A stretch of 64,000 bases of DNA from Asterias rubens (Eukaryota): contig NC_047062.1 of the NCBI RefSeq assembly GCF_902459465.1, positions 5,704,001 through 5,768,000 on the forward strand, written 5' to 3'. Positions 24,701-39,700 of this stretch are shown in pieces. Under the pieces are notes generated by a model. That model was not told the DNA's origin. It was given only the letters and a program-made list of their open reading frames with translations, and did not search any database. The translations under genes were made by a program, and so were the position numbers. Every line of letters starts with the position of its first letter. The first letter of the stretch is position 1.

Positions 24701-27700
24701 ATGCATCAATATATGGAGAATTATCTAATTTGATTTTCGAAAAGAAAAGAAAATAATCGAGGACTTACATTTTTATTTGCTTATACAATTTCTGAAGGGA
24801 AAACAATTTTAAAAAGAATTTTATTTTAGTGTGTCGATCTTATCTTAATATAGCTTTTTGACAAGAGCTTTATTTTCATAGCCTTACCGATAATGGATGT
24901 GAAGAGCTCTGGAGCCGAGCTGCCTGCTGCCATGAATGTGGCTCCCGCAACATCATGGGAGAAACCCAGACGCTGTGTAAAGACAAACAATTAAAAGACA
25001 GTTCATGAGAAATGGATGGTAAGGAATACCATAAACAAAGCGTCAGTTTGGGATGATGCTTGGCTCCAATGAGGATTGCTAAAAGTCTGTCTTGAAGGTT
25101 ATAAAGTTAAGAAGTGAAAAGAAACTGACTCTTTAGGTTTAAACCTTTGAACTGGACACCTTTGGTAATTGTCAAAGGCTATGATTCTCACTTGGTGTAT
25201 CCCAGCATATGCATAAAATAACAAATCTGTGAAAATTTTTACTCAGTTGGCCATGCAAGTTGCAAGAGAATGATAAATAAAAAACATTTGTTGCACAAAT
25301 TTGTGTGCCTCCAGTTGCTTAAAAAGGGCTTTAAGGCCAGAAGTATTTTAATATTTGAGTGAGAAATAAACCTCTTTCTCAAAAACTTATGTTACTTCAG
25401 AGGGAGCCGTTTCTTACAAGGTTTTGTACTGTCAACAACTCTCCATTGCTTGTTACCAAGTCATTTTTTTTTTTTTTAGTATTTACCAAAAGTTTTCAGT
25501 GCCTTTAATGCAAGTATCAAACTGCCAGCACCAAGTTATAATATCGTATTGCACAAAAACAACACATTGATTGAAATGGTGCCATTTTGTGAAACATGAA
25601 AAAGGCAAGGCTACTCTTATCATGCTCTTATATAGTTTTTCTGAAAAATGTAAGGTCCGTGATTCAATAAATACAATGCGATACAATCACTTTAGAAACA
25701 CGGGTTTGGAGGGACTCAGCATATTGTATTTGTATATAGATTAGAATAGAATAGAATACACATTAATGGAAACATTTCATGGAATGTGTGTCAACAACTT
25801 TCAAAACATCCTGCCTAGAAATGTTGTGTTGATATTTTTTCCCCTGTTGCTGTCGGAGTGTTTGTCCCCTTTCCGGAGGGTGGGATTATATTTTTTCATC
25901 ATTTTGTCATTCGTATTTTCCCCTTTTTTTTGCGAAACATGTGGGAAAAAATTGAGCATTTCCATACAAATGAAAAATCTCGCTTGATCTGAGTTTCAAA
26001 AAGAAAACGTTATGGTATGCCTACAAAAAGACGAAAAATAAAGAATGAAATGAATATTTGCAAACGAAAAAAAACCCACTTAAAATCAATTCTGTGATTT
26101 GCAGCTTTAGCCATAGGAAGAAGGATGCTGTGTTAGAGCAGGTGTTTTGTTGCTAATGTTGCTATGGTAACACCATATAAGATATCACCCATTGATCCTG
26201 CTCATTTCCTCTTTTGCTCTTCTTTGGTTGGAGTGGGTGGTTGGGGGGGGGGGGGGGAGTATGAAGGGTCACATTAGAGACACAATAGATCAATATCGAT
26301 GTTCATTTCCAGAGATCGTCAGACTGATGATAGAAATGAGACGTCTTCCTGAGTTGGAAGGAACACAATGTACTCATGAATTTGCGACGGCTTTCCTGTT
26401 CATTTTGTCCAAGCATTCAAGAAATTGCAAGAACCAATGGTTTGTACAAAAGTAACTGTAGCCATTTGGTTTTGTGAAAAATCTGCGTCCAGCCTATTTT
26501 TTTGCTGTGTGTTTTGATCATCAAAGGTAAAGTTCAATTTTGCAAGAGAGGGGGTCCTCATGAAAGCGGGCGAAAAAATTACAAGTCTCCTATGGTTGCT
26601 TCGCCTCATAAAACCTGTATTTATAAGCTGCACCGAATTTGATATTCAGACACGGTGCATTATAAATCTTAAGATTCAGATACAAAAATGTATTTTTTTC
26701 TGATCTACATAGGTCCCTAAATTATAAATCGCAAAATATAACACGACCCTCTGGGTCGATCGATTGACTATTTTTTGGTCACACTATGAAGGTTAGCTTG
26801 ACGTGCCTGCGACATTGAAAATTCAATTTTCAAATTTCTTATCCGAAATGTCATCATGTGGATCGGGTAGGCAGCACCTGCCAGCTTCTATCAATTGTTG
26901 GGCAAAGCTTGTCTCTCCAAGACATAGGAGGTAGCTTCAGAAAAGATTCAGCATTTTTGTATTTCCATAAAAAAAAACTTGAATGCCTCAACACTGAGAA
27001 AAAAGAATTAGCTGTTGCAAACAACTTACCAACCAAAAGGAACTTTGCCTTGGGACACGTTGTCTTGGATTGGTCGAGTTGGTCAATGAAGTAGAATATA
27101 ACCATCAACACAAACATGCCTCGAAAATGCATGGTTTTCCATTGCGAACTAACACGGTCGGCCATTTTATGGAGTCAAAAACTTGACTCCACAAAATGGT
27201 GCGTGTTAGATAACGACGTCCAAGGAAAATCATGCAATTTCGAGGCATATTTGTGTGGATCATAATATTCTTATGTTGAAACATCTTTAGTATCCATTTT
27301 AAAATAATATGTTTCAAACGCTTTTCATAGACCATTTGGCGCGATCCAAGGCAACGTAACTTATTAATACAGCATTTGTAAGGCACACTTTCCTGTTTAC
27401 CATTCAAAGGCCCGGTGTAGTAGAAGTTAAATTTAGGTATTGTCAGATTGTTGGAAAAACAAACATAAAAAGTGTGTTTTAAGTTTCTGCTTGGAAAGAG
27501 TTATGTTGTGAAAGGGAAAACAAAATTATGTAAGCAGACGTCAATACTTCATTGCATCATAAAGCCCCCCTTTACGAGATGTTTATTGCCTTCGCATAAT
27601 TTCTCAGAGCAGGTAAATTCCTTCTTTTTCTAAATTTCAAATACTAAAAACTCTCGTCCTATCCCAAAACTTAACTGTTCAAGATTTTTGGGGATGTAAT

Positions 27701-30700
27701 CTTCTCTTTTTGTGGGAAATACATAAACCCTTACCTCACAGATCTTTTCGAGTGAAGAAACAAAAAAGTCATCACAAACTATAGCCAGAGCAACGAACAT
27801 GTAGATCACCTGAACATGGATGTTAACAGAGACACATCAGTTAAACACACTTCAAAGTTTAAAATAACACACATTTCAATTAAATTATTTCATGTATTGG
27901 CCAAAAATTTTACTGTGGACTCACATGGTTATGCTTAAGAAATCCTGCATTCTGATACTAAAGGAAATTATTTGGTCAATAATCTTTTGAATTGTTGCTA
28001 TCTTCATAAGATAGCATGTGATATCCACATCCAGGTCTTGAAGCAAGACAACTTTTGTGGGATGCTGCAGTGTAACTATTATAGCAAATTTGACACAACA
28101 ACAATGCTCACTGCTCAGTAAATATTTTACAATTCTAGGCTGAACTTAACGTGGTTTCAAAAATGACCAATAGTAACACTTTACACAATCGTTTCAACAG
28201 ATTTTCATTGTTGAAGCTTTTGTTCATCAACAACCAAGAAGGCGGTTACGTATTTCAACTGGCTTTTGAATACTCACACACAAAAAGTGAAGAACCACAG
28301 CACCCTTTGCGCGTTGCTCATTTGAGAAGATGTCACCCGGAAACTCATGAATAGCTGTAAAGAGAAGTGAATCATGGTAAACTCACGGCACATTAAAATA
28401 ATGACTATTTGACAAAGGGCAATTATCTCCTTTATGAAGCCCTATTTTGTTTTTTGGTTAACACGATTCCTGTTTTGTGTTGTATTTTTTTCTTGTGCTT
28501 CGATAATCTTATATCTCCGATTACAAAATCAAAATGTCTCTAAAGTAAAAACACTTTAATTTGAGAAAATATTGGTTAGAAAATTAACTGTGTGCAATCA
28601 GAATCTGTTGTATTGACTTAGTTCATTATTACGTGTACGTGAGTGTTTACTGTTGTTTTCCTTTCGCAGTACTTTCATTACATTTCATTCATTTCATTTA
28701 TTAATTTCACAGGCAAAAATTCAAGCACAGACAATAAGAACAGTAAGAAAACAAAAACAAGAACATACAATACAATAACAAAAAAAGCAGCACCCCTGAA
28801 GGATTTTAAAAAAGTAAACTAAATTACTATCGAGTTAATCTCCTGTTGCCACAATTTACGAAGAGACAAAAAGGGACATTACAGATGGACATTATTAAAA
28901 CATGGCATACAGTATAAAAATATAGAACTATACAAGCAGTTAAAACTATAAAAGCACTAATGGCATTAAAAATACAAAATCGTTAAAAGATAGATTTTTG
29001 TAGGTCGTCTGTCGTTTACTAATTAATTTATTTCTTTTTCTCCCTCTTTCCACCTTTGATTTCTTCTGTGTTTTCAACCTCTTGTTGTTAAACTAGCCCT
29101 TCCCCATTTGTCTCCTTCTTTATTGTTCATCCCTTTGTGCATCGGCCTCGCTCTATCTTAGTTGTCTTTCCATGAGACTGATTCTGTTTTATAACACCCC
29201 TTACAAATATTCTGCCTTTTTATTGGTTTAGAGCGCGTCAGGTGATAATTTCTTAGCTTTACTAGAAACGGCGGCCGTGTGATAGTGCATCGTTTACAGT
29301 ACGATAGTGCATCGTTTGCCTTGTGATAGTTAGTCCGACGACTATCACACGGCGTGCAGTACCCAGACGTCTTTTTACCCACTTCGAACCCAATCAGTTG
29401 TGCATCTGTTTATCTGAAACGCGCGTACGAACGTTACGTATGCTAAGATGATAAATAGTCTGTTGGGGTGTTATAAAACAAATATTGACTGCTTTTACTC
29501 GTGCTATGGTTAAAACTCATACTCTCTCGGTGATCCCCAGACTGTTCCATTTTCCATCGACTTCGCCTCGGGAAAGTAGAACGTTCCGGCATGTTCCGGG
29601 GATCACCTCGGGGTCGTAGTTTTAACCATAGCACGCGAAGCAGTCAAAATAGACTACATGTATACAGTTATGTTGTTACCCATCTTTCAAAAGTTACTCT
29701 GCTAGACGTCAGGCCATTACTATTTTTAACAATCTAGTTTTAAACATACTATCTTCACAATGCAATTTGAAGAAAACAAGCAAGAACCACGTATCACTTT
29801 TAATTGAATGCATAATTACAAATTCAAAACACACGCACAAAACGCACTGAGGATACAAAAGCAACGACAGACAGCACCCTTCTATTGTTACAAAACCTGT
29901 CCAGTTGATAACATGGAGGAATACCTCCATGATTTTGCTTAAGCTATCTAAACTACCAAGCGAGCTGACAATGTAGAGTGGCCTGGTGTGATCATGTGTG
30001 ATGAAATGAAGGGGAGAAACAAACAGTAAACTGTATAATCGTCAAGTGGGGAAAACGTTAATTCAATCGTAGTCAAGTGAGCGCACGGCTGGCCGTTGAA
30101 TTGCCAGTAAAACGTTTTATAATGCTGCTGCTAATCAAATCACATCGTGGTTATCACTGTCTTTAACATCGACATACCCGGTGCATTCAGAGTTTGGCCT
30201 TCGGTGAAGCGAATTACAGGCACCCTCGGTGAGATGTTTTTCTTATGTTTGCTTACAATTTAAAACACACTGTGTGGCGATATTAGTTTTTAGTATCATT
30301 GAAACCACCAATACATATGTCTCTTTTGAAGGTTTGAATGAAATCTTTCTATTCCTATTTTAAGTCAATATTTCCGAACAATTGATACTGACATGTCTTG
30401 TTCTCGAAATTGGAAATTATTTCTTCGCACATTGCCCTCGTCCATAATTGACGAGCTATGAAAACAGTAAAAAGGACCCGTGGTTGCGTGCAGCCATGGT
30501 GCAGCCCACTCATTTTTACAGCAAGTATTCAAAATATTTGAAATGCATAAACATTTCTGGTCAGATAAAAATGTCATCACACAGCACGACTGTCACGTTA
30601 TTTAGAATTCATATCATACATATAAGCTAGATATGTTCTCGTCTTCATTGCAATGTGAGATACCAATGTGTGAAATGTTAAATAAAGGTATAAACCTGCA

Positions 30701-33700
30701 GGGTATGCCATGCCATTTCAATATTTGACCAAATTTTTAGGTTGGTTCACACTTGTACATGTATTGCTACATCTAGTTTCTCAAAAAAGAAAGAGCTAGG
30801 CCCTACAAACAGCTTGCATCATTCTTAAGCTCCATGTTGTATAACAGAAGCCCATAATTTGAATTATTGATATTTAAAAATAATAATGAGGGTATTTAAA
30901 GGTAATAAGTGTTCCTATGTTTTGTTGGAACCATGCTATCATCTCAATCCTATTAAATGTAAATACAATAATATAGATGGCAATTTCATTTCAAAAGGTG
31001 GTAACGTTTTTGTGTATCGCCGACAATCTTGAGCAGTTAGTCCACGCTGTAGAATGTTACCGTATACACGATCGGGGTTCATAGTAAAATAGAAAGGGGA
31101 AGTCACACCAAAACAAACCGTTATTTTTGCAGGGATTTACTCAGCTTCGCTTCGGCTGCCTCAACGGTGTTGACTTAACGGTCCCCACTTAAAAACCTAT
31201 CGGCACAACCACGGAGATGTTCGCGGTCAAAGCTTGCAACTGCCGGCAAAAACGGATAACTTAAAAAATTTCCTGAGTGTCAGCGCCATGACCAAGGATG
31301 CAAACAGATCCACTGAAGCCGCGGATATTTAAAACCGTGTTGAGTTTTGCTTCGGTGGCTATATCCGCTCTTTCAGCGTCAATTAGACGGAAGAGGTTGA
31401 GCTTTTGTTTCATTTTCTTTGCCCAAGACGCCACGCAGAATATTTAAGACGTATACGTCTTGACAGATTGGGATATACTCTCTTTACAGTTGAAGGTCTA
31501 TTGATGTATACGTTGTGGTTATTATGGGGTTCTATTTATATACTCTCGCATACCCGCAATTAATATTTTAGCCTATAATTACGCACCAAAGACTGGCAAG
31601 CGCTGCAAAATCCGCTTATTCATACTCAGCTTTAGTTTCATACTGGGATAAAAATACATTGCTGGTGTCAAAATCAGTGCATCTGAGAGGTTGATCCATG
31701 ATGCAACCAAAGCAATGCCGGGAGGCTGAATGGTCCATAGGATGAACATCGTCATTTATAGTTTATTGTGATGTGACAGGAAACAATCCAAAGACAGTGG
31801 TGACAGTAGAAACCATATAATAAAGAATTGACGTCAATGGATACGGGCAGTTCAACAATTATCCATGTTAAAAACTGACCGAAGCATTTTGTGGCTGATC
31901 GTTGTGACATGATACGTCAGCTATAAATAGAAATCCTATCTTTATGAATGGACGCTGTATAGGCCTATATCTAAAAATGAAAGTGGCAGAAGTTGACATT
32001 AAAATTTTTTTTACCGCATCAATCGGGCTTTATCTTTGTATACATACTGCTAGATTGCGTGCAGGATATCATGACGTCAAACCGGGAATTGTTTTTAAAT
32101 GAAGGTCTTCCGTCAGTCAGATAAAGTAGAAAGATCATCATGATAACTCTGCCCAGTGCCTTATTCTAAGCTCTGACCCCCCTTGTCTTGTGTAACGCAC
32201 GTAAAAGAACCCACTGTATACTTAGCGAATAGAGATCGGGTTCGCCCCTGCCGGTGTTCCTGGTTTGATTGGCTGCATATTGCGACATAGCGACTTGTAA
32301 AACATTTTTATTAATGGTGCTTATGTTAAAGGAGTAGGTATCATACTTAACTGTATAAGAAACCACTATACATGTTTTTATGTTATTAATAGTTCCCCAA
32401 ATACGTCAACTTTACGGCCAACTTGGGAATGAGCTTTAAGCTGGGTCAAGCTTTATAATTTGTCTACGAATCAAAGTGGTTTAACTCAGTCTAGTTTTCG
32501 TTTTTGTAAAGGAGACTGTATGAAGACTCATGGTTTTTAAACAAAACGATAACAACAATTACAACATGATCAAAAATATGTTAAATTGAATTATGCAATG
32601 AATGTACCTCGACAAAAATTATGGTTTTATCTTAGTTTTTACCTCTACGACTATTACAAACAACAAATCTGCGCCATTTTTTAGTAGGATTTCCCATGTG
32701 TGACGTGAACCAGAATATCTTGACATGAAGTTTAAAGTCACAGTCAAGTTAGAAATAAATGCCATCAAAATGGGGCCACAAACTGATCAAGACCTCCTGG
32801 ATAATTAGCTACCGTACGTTTGAGACGTTTTTAGAAATGGTGGCCAAAGTCCGTCGACCAAAGTCCGTCGACCATATACAGCAGGGACCAGGTTTCGCAT
32901 TGGGTCTCATTTTGGTAATAAACTTCTCGGAAAGCCTCGTGTGACTCAACTAAACATTTCAAAATGCACAGTTACTTTTCATCCATTTTCATAAGCGGTG
33001 AAAATGCAGTATTTTGTAAAACAGAGAAGTGAAGGGTTGAGCAGCCAACTTCCTAGTTAGGCTCACTAAAAGGAAGATTTCTGCTCCATGCTGCGGTTTA
33101 GAAAGGATACCGACCGTACACCATTATACATGGGTTTTAGCCATGGGTTTTGCCGCATACGTGTAATACTGGTTGGACCATGGAGTGTTCCACAGTAGAG
33201 TCTGTTCCGTGCTCTATGGTTGCACAAGCCCTTGTACGTGTACATGTACATTGTAGCCAACGGTGACTTGTCCATCATGCAATGCGGACCGCTGCTCTTG
33301 ATTGTAAGGGGTGCCTTCTTGTTGTAACCATTCCGTCTACATTCCTTGAATACACTTGCATTACTTCGGTGTTTTTTTTGTAGAATGGGTGTATATAGGA
33401 ACATGACCGTCTCCACCTCCAAGGTACCAAGCGGTCAAATGTATCAAGCGCTACTCGTGGCGCGTTTAGGCGGGACCGACCCTGACCTATAGATATAGAA
33501 TTACATTAGAAGACAATTATATTCCATATCTATGCCCTGCGTACGCTTCTCTTCTGACGTAACTGAATGTATATTATGACATAGTTAAAAAAACGGCGCG
33601 AAAACGTGTCCCTAGCCTTCACTTATTTTTTTTATGATTTTGCACTTACTGTTTAAAAATTTCATTTCAAATAATAAGCCACAAAAGGGGAATTGTTATT

Positions 33701-36700
33701 TTTTTAAATTAATTCCATTTAATTTCCTCTACTTTGACAATTCGCAATGTTAGAAGCAAACTCCACCCTTGATAATTTTCGACTAAAGGTGTAGTGCTTC
33801 TCAAGACGGTATGGAACTTGTAGGTCTTAATTAACGATGGGTTCGAGTCCCGCTGCAGTCAATTTTGTTTTAGTTCAAACCCAACACTATTTATAAACTT
33901 ACTCAGTCAGTTTCCCTTGTGGTTTATTAATTGACTCTTCATTGATGTGTTAGAAAATACGGTTTGAACACGATTGGTGAACATCTACGTTTCAGTTCGT
34001 CAATGATCACATCGTGGTCAAGCTCGACCAACGTGTGCCAATATTAAGCCAAAGATACCTAAGAAATTCACATTTCTCCGGGCTAGATTGAGAAGTACGT
34101 CAGCTTTACAGAGGGGGGCTTTTAATGCAAAAACAAGGAAGGGGCGGCCAGGCAGAACACCGCCAACACAAATTAAATCTGGTGAGAAATGTAGCGCGAG
34201 CATTTCGGACACGCGCCGACACGGTTTCACTTGGTACAGGTTTTGGTGAGATGTAATCGGGCGTTCTTTTCTCTGTAGCACCACTGCGTGGATAAGAACC
34301 CAACTGCAGGGGGAGTGGACTGGCACGAGCGAAGCAGCGAAGCATAAACAAGAGCTCAAACGAAAATTGATTACGCCTCACTGAACACAAGACTCTGAAA
34401 TTCCTTCTGATACTGGTATAATTTTAGCTGACCTCGCAAATAGCGATTGTTATTAAAGGCCTGAAGCTCCGGCCAGAATTTGTTTTTCTTGTGCGCGAGA
34501 AGGTCAAATTAGTGGTCATTTCTCTTTGAGGAATCGACCATCCATTATTAAAGCGTTTCGTTCTTTCCTTGAATGTGAAATATAAATGGAATTGATTTGC
34601 CCTCCTCAGTTGTTCAATGATGCAATAATATAACATCCGATGCAGGAAAAAATAAACGCTGCACCGATTCTAAGAAATTATTTCATTTAGTCCTGAACGT
34701 GCCACGTTAACCCTCAGGCCTTCAACCAACCCGTACATAAAAATCAGCGCTGATTAAAAAAGGAGCAAATAGCCTACACGCAAACGTTTTTACCTACTCT
34801 CGATAGAGACGTCTCGATAGAGACGTTAGGGCCACGTAAGTGTACAACACCGTCCCCACACCACTCTGCGTGTGATGATTGAATTTTAATTGGAAGGTTA
34901 TTCGACAAAAGCAGGTCGTGTTTATTGCAGTGAAATTGCTTTCTACGAGTACACAAAAATTGAGCGTCCATGGCTCAACCTTGTTTATCGTCTGGGTGAC
35001 CTTCAGTATTCTCGATCCCTCAGGAGGAAACAGTATTTCATTTTATCTTTGCCAGCATCGAGGAAATGAAGGTTCTGCGTGGCCTGCTGCATTCCTTTTT
35101 GTTATACTGATGTACAAAAACAAAGGCCGAATTATTGACGTGACACAGTGAGCTGTTTTGTTTACGGTATCTTGACGTGGTTTTTCTTTATGCTTGTCTC
35201 CAAGCAACGAACAAAAAACGTAAAACTTCCGTCTGATATAAGATCAAAATGAAATTAAATGTAAGAAGATAGAAGAAAAGAGAAAGGAAGAAAAATCGAA
35301 CCGTCTATGCAATTCATGTCGATGAAAAGAAGGAAAGAAAAAATTTAATCAAAACCACATAAAAGATTTAACTAGCTACCGATTATAAACAACAGACTTG
35401 ATAGAAACCACAGGGAAATACCGCATGTCACAAACCTTTCTTGATATTTGAACGACATTAAAATGCATTTCCATCTACTTGTCAACTCGCCATTTTTATG
35501 TTTGCCGACAACATTTCGCCCATAAACCTTTTTAATGTGGGTGGATTTAACAAAGAGTTAAGACTACTAGTCTTATCTCGAGTCAGGACGAGTTACTCGT
35601 CCTAACTATACAACTAGCCATACGTTTTTTTTTATCTCCTGGCTAGTTCTAACTCTTTGTAAAATCGGCCCCAGGTTTAAAACGATAGTGCTTATCGTTG
35701 GCTGACTAGATGGAGCGAGCATACACACGTCCTGGGTTCAAATGCTGACACCACCGGGTGGGGGGATTCTGTCCCTCTCCAGCCCCCTGCCATTCTACGA
35801 ATTGTGTATGAAATTGTTCCGATGGCGCCCTCTTTTGAATCATCTTGATTTCAGTCGTTGTTATTGTTGTTTTACTGTAAACGGGGGGGGGCAAACCGGG
35901 GGGGGGGGTGACAAAAGCTGCACGCCATTGGCGAGTAGGCCTACACCTTATACACAAATGCCTATCAATGGAAAACTTGGGTTTTCAGATAGTACCTTCA
36001 CTGGCTGGACAAAGTTAACATTGCAAGTGGCATTCCCGATACAGTAAAATAAAAGCCTAGATAATTCAAACAAAGACGGGGAATTCCCGTCGATGGTCGT
36101 TAAACACTTTGTGGCATTATTTCGCTTTGAATAGGAACTGTACACGTGAACTACAGAAGCAGTCCAACGCGCATCCGTGAATACGGGTTCACGATGTCAC
36201 GACGGAGCACAACTCATTGGGACGTCCATTCACTTACGCCCAAATAATACAAAAATTGTCCAAAACCTTAAAGGGACACGTTGACTTCGGATTGAGATTT
36301 AAAAGGCGCATGTTTTGAAATAAATATGATTGGAAAGATATTTTCAATGTAGACAAAGTGATTCACAAAATCTCCATTGAAATTTAGATGTTTTTGTTTG
36401 TACTAAATTTCATGGCAGAACACAGTCCGCTTGTTGAACCTAAATAGTGACTCAACAAAATGGCAGACCATGTTCCACTGGTTGTATTTCAAGAGGCAAA
36501 TTAGTGGTTTTTAAATCACTACTTGTGCATAACCGGCTCTTTTAAAGAGGATAAGGAGCAATCCAAACAGCAACATTTTGTGCCTTTGAGCAAAGTGCCT
36601 CTCAAACGGGACCGTGTTCACTTTAAGCTGTCATTTGGTCTGATATGTAATGATTACCGAAACATCAACTGCCTCTTTAAACTGAAAGAGTGCAGAGTCT

Positions 36701-39700
36701 CGCATCGTGTGTTTACAATGTGGGTACGATATTGAGTAGGTATACGCGTCGATCCAAATGAGGGGTCGAGGTATCTTCAAATTGTTACACCCGAGGAGAC
36801 ATATAGATGTAATAGAAGATAATTTTTGACCCTATGTCGTGAAAAGGTACCCGCTGTTATAGGGCACCATGATATATACGTACTCGGAGCTGTGCAATTC
36901 TCTTTCTCGGTGTTGTTCGAGGTGATGTTAGCACCGTCTATCGTCTCGTCTTCACCCACTAAGCTGTACGTCGACGCTAACCGACGCAGGATCACTCCGC
37001 TGTCATGGACGGGACTATTTACCTCTCCTATGTCAAGGTTTTGCTCGGCTTCACCTGTGAGGAATCGATAAAATGATCTGGAGTTAGTGGAAATGCCTGA
37101 TCCATGTTGACATGACAACATGATAAAATCCCTGTAGAAGTAAAAAGGGATAAGTGAATGTGAGCTGGCGTGGCTATAGTTTGTTCAGCACCCCTCAATA
37201 TGAATGGTTGGACTATTATATAAACAACCGTCAAAAATTGTGGTATCCAACCAAATCAACTTGTGGTATCTCCAAACCTTAACAGGGATGGAATTGAGCA
37301 AATGTGAACAACATTCCCCGGGAAATGTCTGCTGGGTATTGGTCCCCCTTGATTAAGGAACAGAAATACAAAACGAGATGGACACAATATGCACTTCTTC
37401 CTTATATATGCGGTTGCTTTCTTTCAAAAGGCTCAAGGGGTTTTGGAGAAAATTCTGAAATGAGAGGGAAACTGAGCAACTATACATGCCTGAAAAATAA
37501 CTCCTTACAATATCTCCACCATTTCAGAAAGTACGGAAATTATGCCGTAAGAAATCATAAATCCCTACATTATGGACAGCGTATAGCAAGTTAGCACCAC
37601 GCTGCCGTACAACAGAACATTGAGTTCCATAAATCGTCAACACATAGATAGCGTGTTCCCTACGTAATAATCATCAAGATTGTTAATTTTGTTTTTCCGT
37701 TTTATATAAGTAACTTATTGTGAAGGCTTATGCTAAAAGGTCACGAGTAAACATTTAGGTACCTGGACTTTAAAAAAGGTGGGGATGACGTCATAAAGTT
37801 TGTTCAACGAGTCTCGTGAATATTGCTAACTGAATTATAAAACTCAATCATGCGCATAATGACATTTCATCAATGCCACACGGCACGCCAGATGGAAAAC
37901 ACAAACAAAATGTCACTCACGTCAGACGCATTCATTTGCTCTTAAAAGACAAATGACTACCAGTGTACTACATGGTTTATCATTAGCTGCAACCAACACA
38001 CACCGGGAGGCCTTTACCGTATCATTACAGTATAATCTGCATTATGAGTGTCCAGTGTGTTTTGTGCATGCGTTGTAATGGTATTGCAACCCAGTAACTT
38101 TCAAAATGTCATATGATATTCTGGAACATTTTGACAGCATACCGAAAATAGCTCCATCACCCTGATGACATTTAAGCTCGTTATACACTTCACACACTAT
38201 GCACTTTCAGTGATACGTTGGCTACTGTACAACCGCGCAAGTCCAAATTTACACAACACAAGATGAAAGTTATTCGTGCGTGTTTTTATATTTTCTATTA
38301 TACTTTTTACTTAAACAAAATACTACAACTTGCAAGTCACCGATGGCCTAGTTTTGAAAAAGTGATATAAAATATCATTTCAAAAGACATTGTATTATAT
38401 TAGCCTACGCCCGTTATATTGTATCAGACTGAATGAGTTTCAAGCCTGAACGAAAAAAATAATCGATCATTTATTCATATACTGCTTTTCAAATTAGAGC
38501 TAGCCCTACACTGATGACGTCACATTGACGGTACCGCCATTTTGAATGTAACGCACGGTCAACCCGACTCCCAAAAGTCTTTCTTCGAAACCGAAAGTAA
38601 ATTACGTTTTATATTATTAGTTATAACACCTGAGACCAAAATGAAGGTTCGATGAACAGTTGAACAATAACTTTATAATTCATTAGATGCATCTGAGCAG
38701 TAACAGCAAGTTAATATTGGGGTCAATGGATTTCTCTATTGAGCTTAAACGTTTGCTGCAAACAATCGCACAAAAACGTAAAGAAATACAGCAAAAGTAG
38801 GCCTACATTTTGCAATTTTTGAATAGAACCTAACATGAATAGTGCGCTTGCCATGGTTACTACTAAAAGTGAGGTCTATCACCTTTCGTGTATTTGACAT
38901 CACAATATTATTCTGCACAACGACTCCCATCCATACACATGTAATTCATTATAATCGATAAATTCAGTATGGTTTGCCTTTAACCATGACGTGTAGGCTT
39001 AAACTCAAGTCGATTTTTCCCCGCCTTCAAATATTTCATCTGAAGCCAATTCAGAAACACGTTGGACACTCCAACTGCTGTCTACTCGAAATTAAATCAA
39101 GTCACGACCGACAACAATACTGTATTCACAGTTTGTTGCCAGTGCCTGCTAAGACAGCAAGTTTGGAAACAAATTCTTGATTTGCAGATAATTCCCCCGT
39201 TTTGGTAAACAGTTTGGGTTTCGCTATCATCATAGTTGAGGAGTCCGTAACATGCAGAGATTCTATGGTGTAATGCCCATGGATGCGCACTCCAGTGCAC
39301 TAATTAAAATCCCAACACGATGTCCCCCGTGTGTTCACGGCGATCCACCACGTGCAACGGATTCCATTTCAAAAATGTCGCATACCAACGGCCGGCGGGG
39401 CAGCAGCTCTGCATGCCTGGTATCTCGCATGCCTCACCCGTACAAATGGTTGCCAGACGCAACGTACAATCTAATCTCCTAACCGTAACATCCAATTCAC
39501 CACTAAAAATGTACCAACATCCTTTTAGTCAATATGTGATTTAATTATGTCTCACCGGAGAACATTTTCTTAACCCGTTTAACAAATTGGAGTAACTGCG
39601 CAAATAAATTGCATTGATTGCCTACGTCACGGATACCTTTTTCTCGCGTGCTAATTTCCCATTAGAAAAAAATGGTAGCAATGCCCTCCCCACGGTTCTC

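Noticed and set aside
36625-36670. Hammerhead-like CTGATAT...GAAACATC
   Set aside because: The core is mismatched and there is no stem I complementarity. Other CTGANGA hits (7720, 12049, 26316, 38162) also lack a downstream GAAA-stem architecture.
36777-37121. ATG 37121 as the principal NCKX start
   Set aside because: It gives no signal/TM0 segment. The exon at 53491-53386 supplies one and joins in phase at 37054. Kept only as a possible minor isoform.
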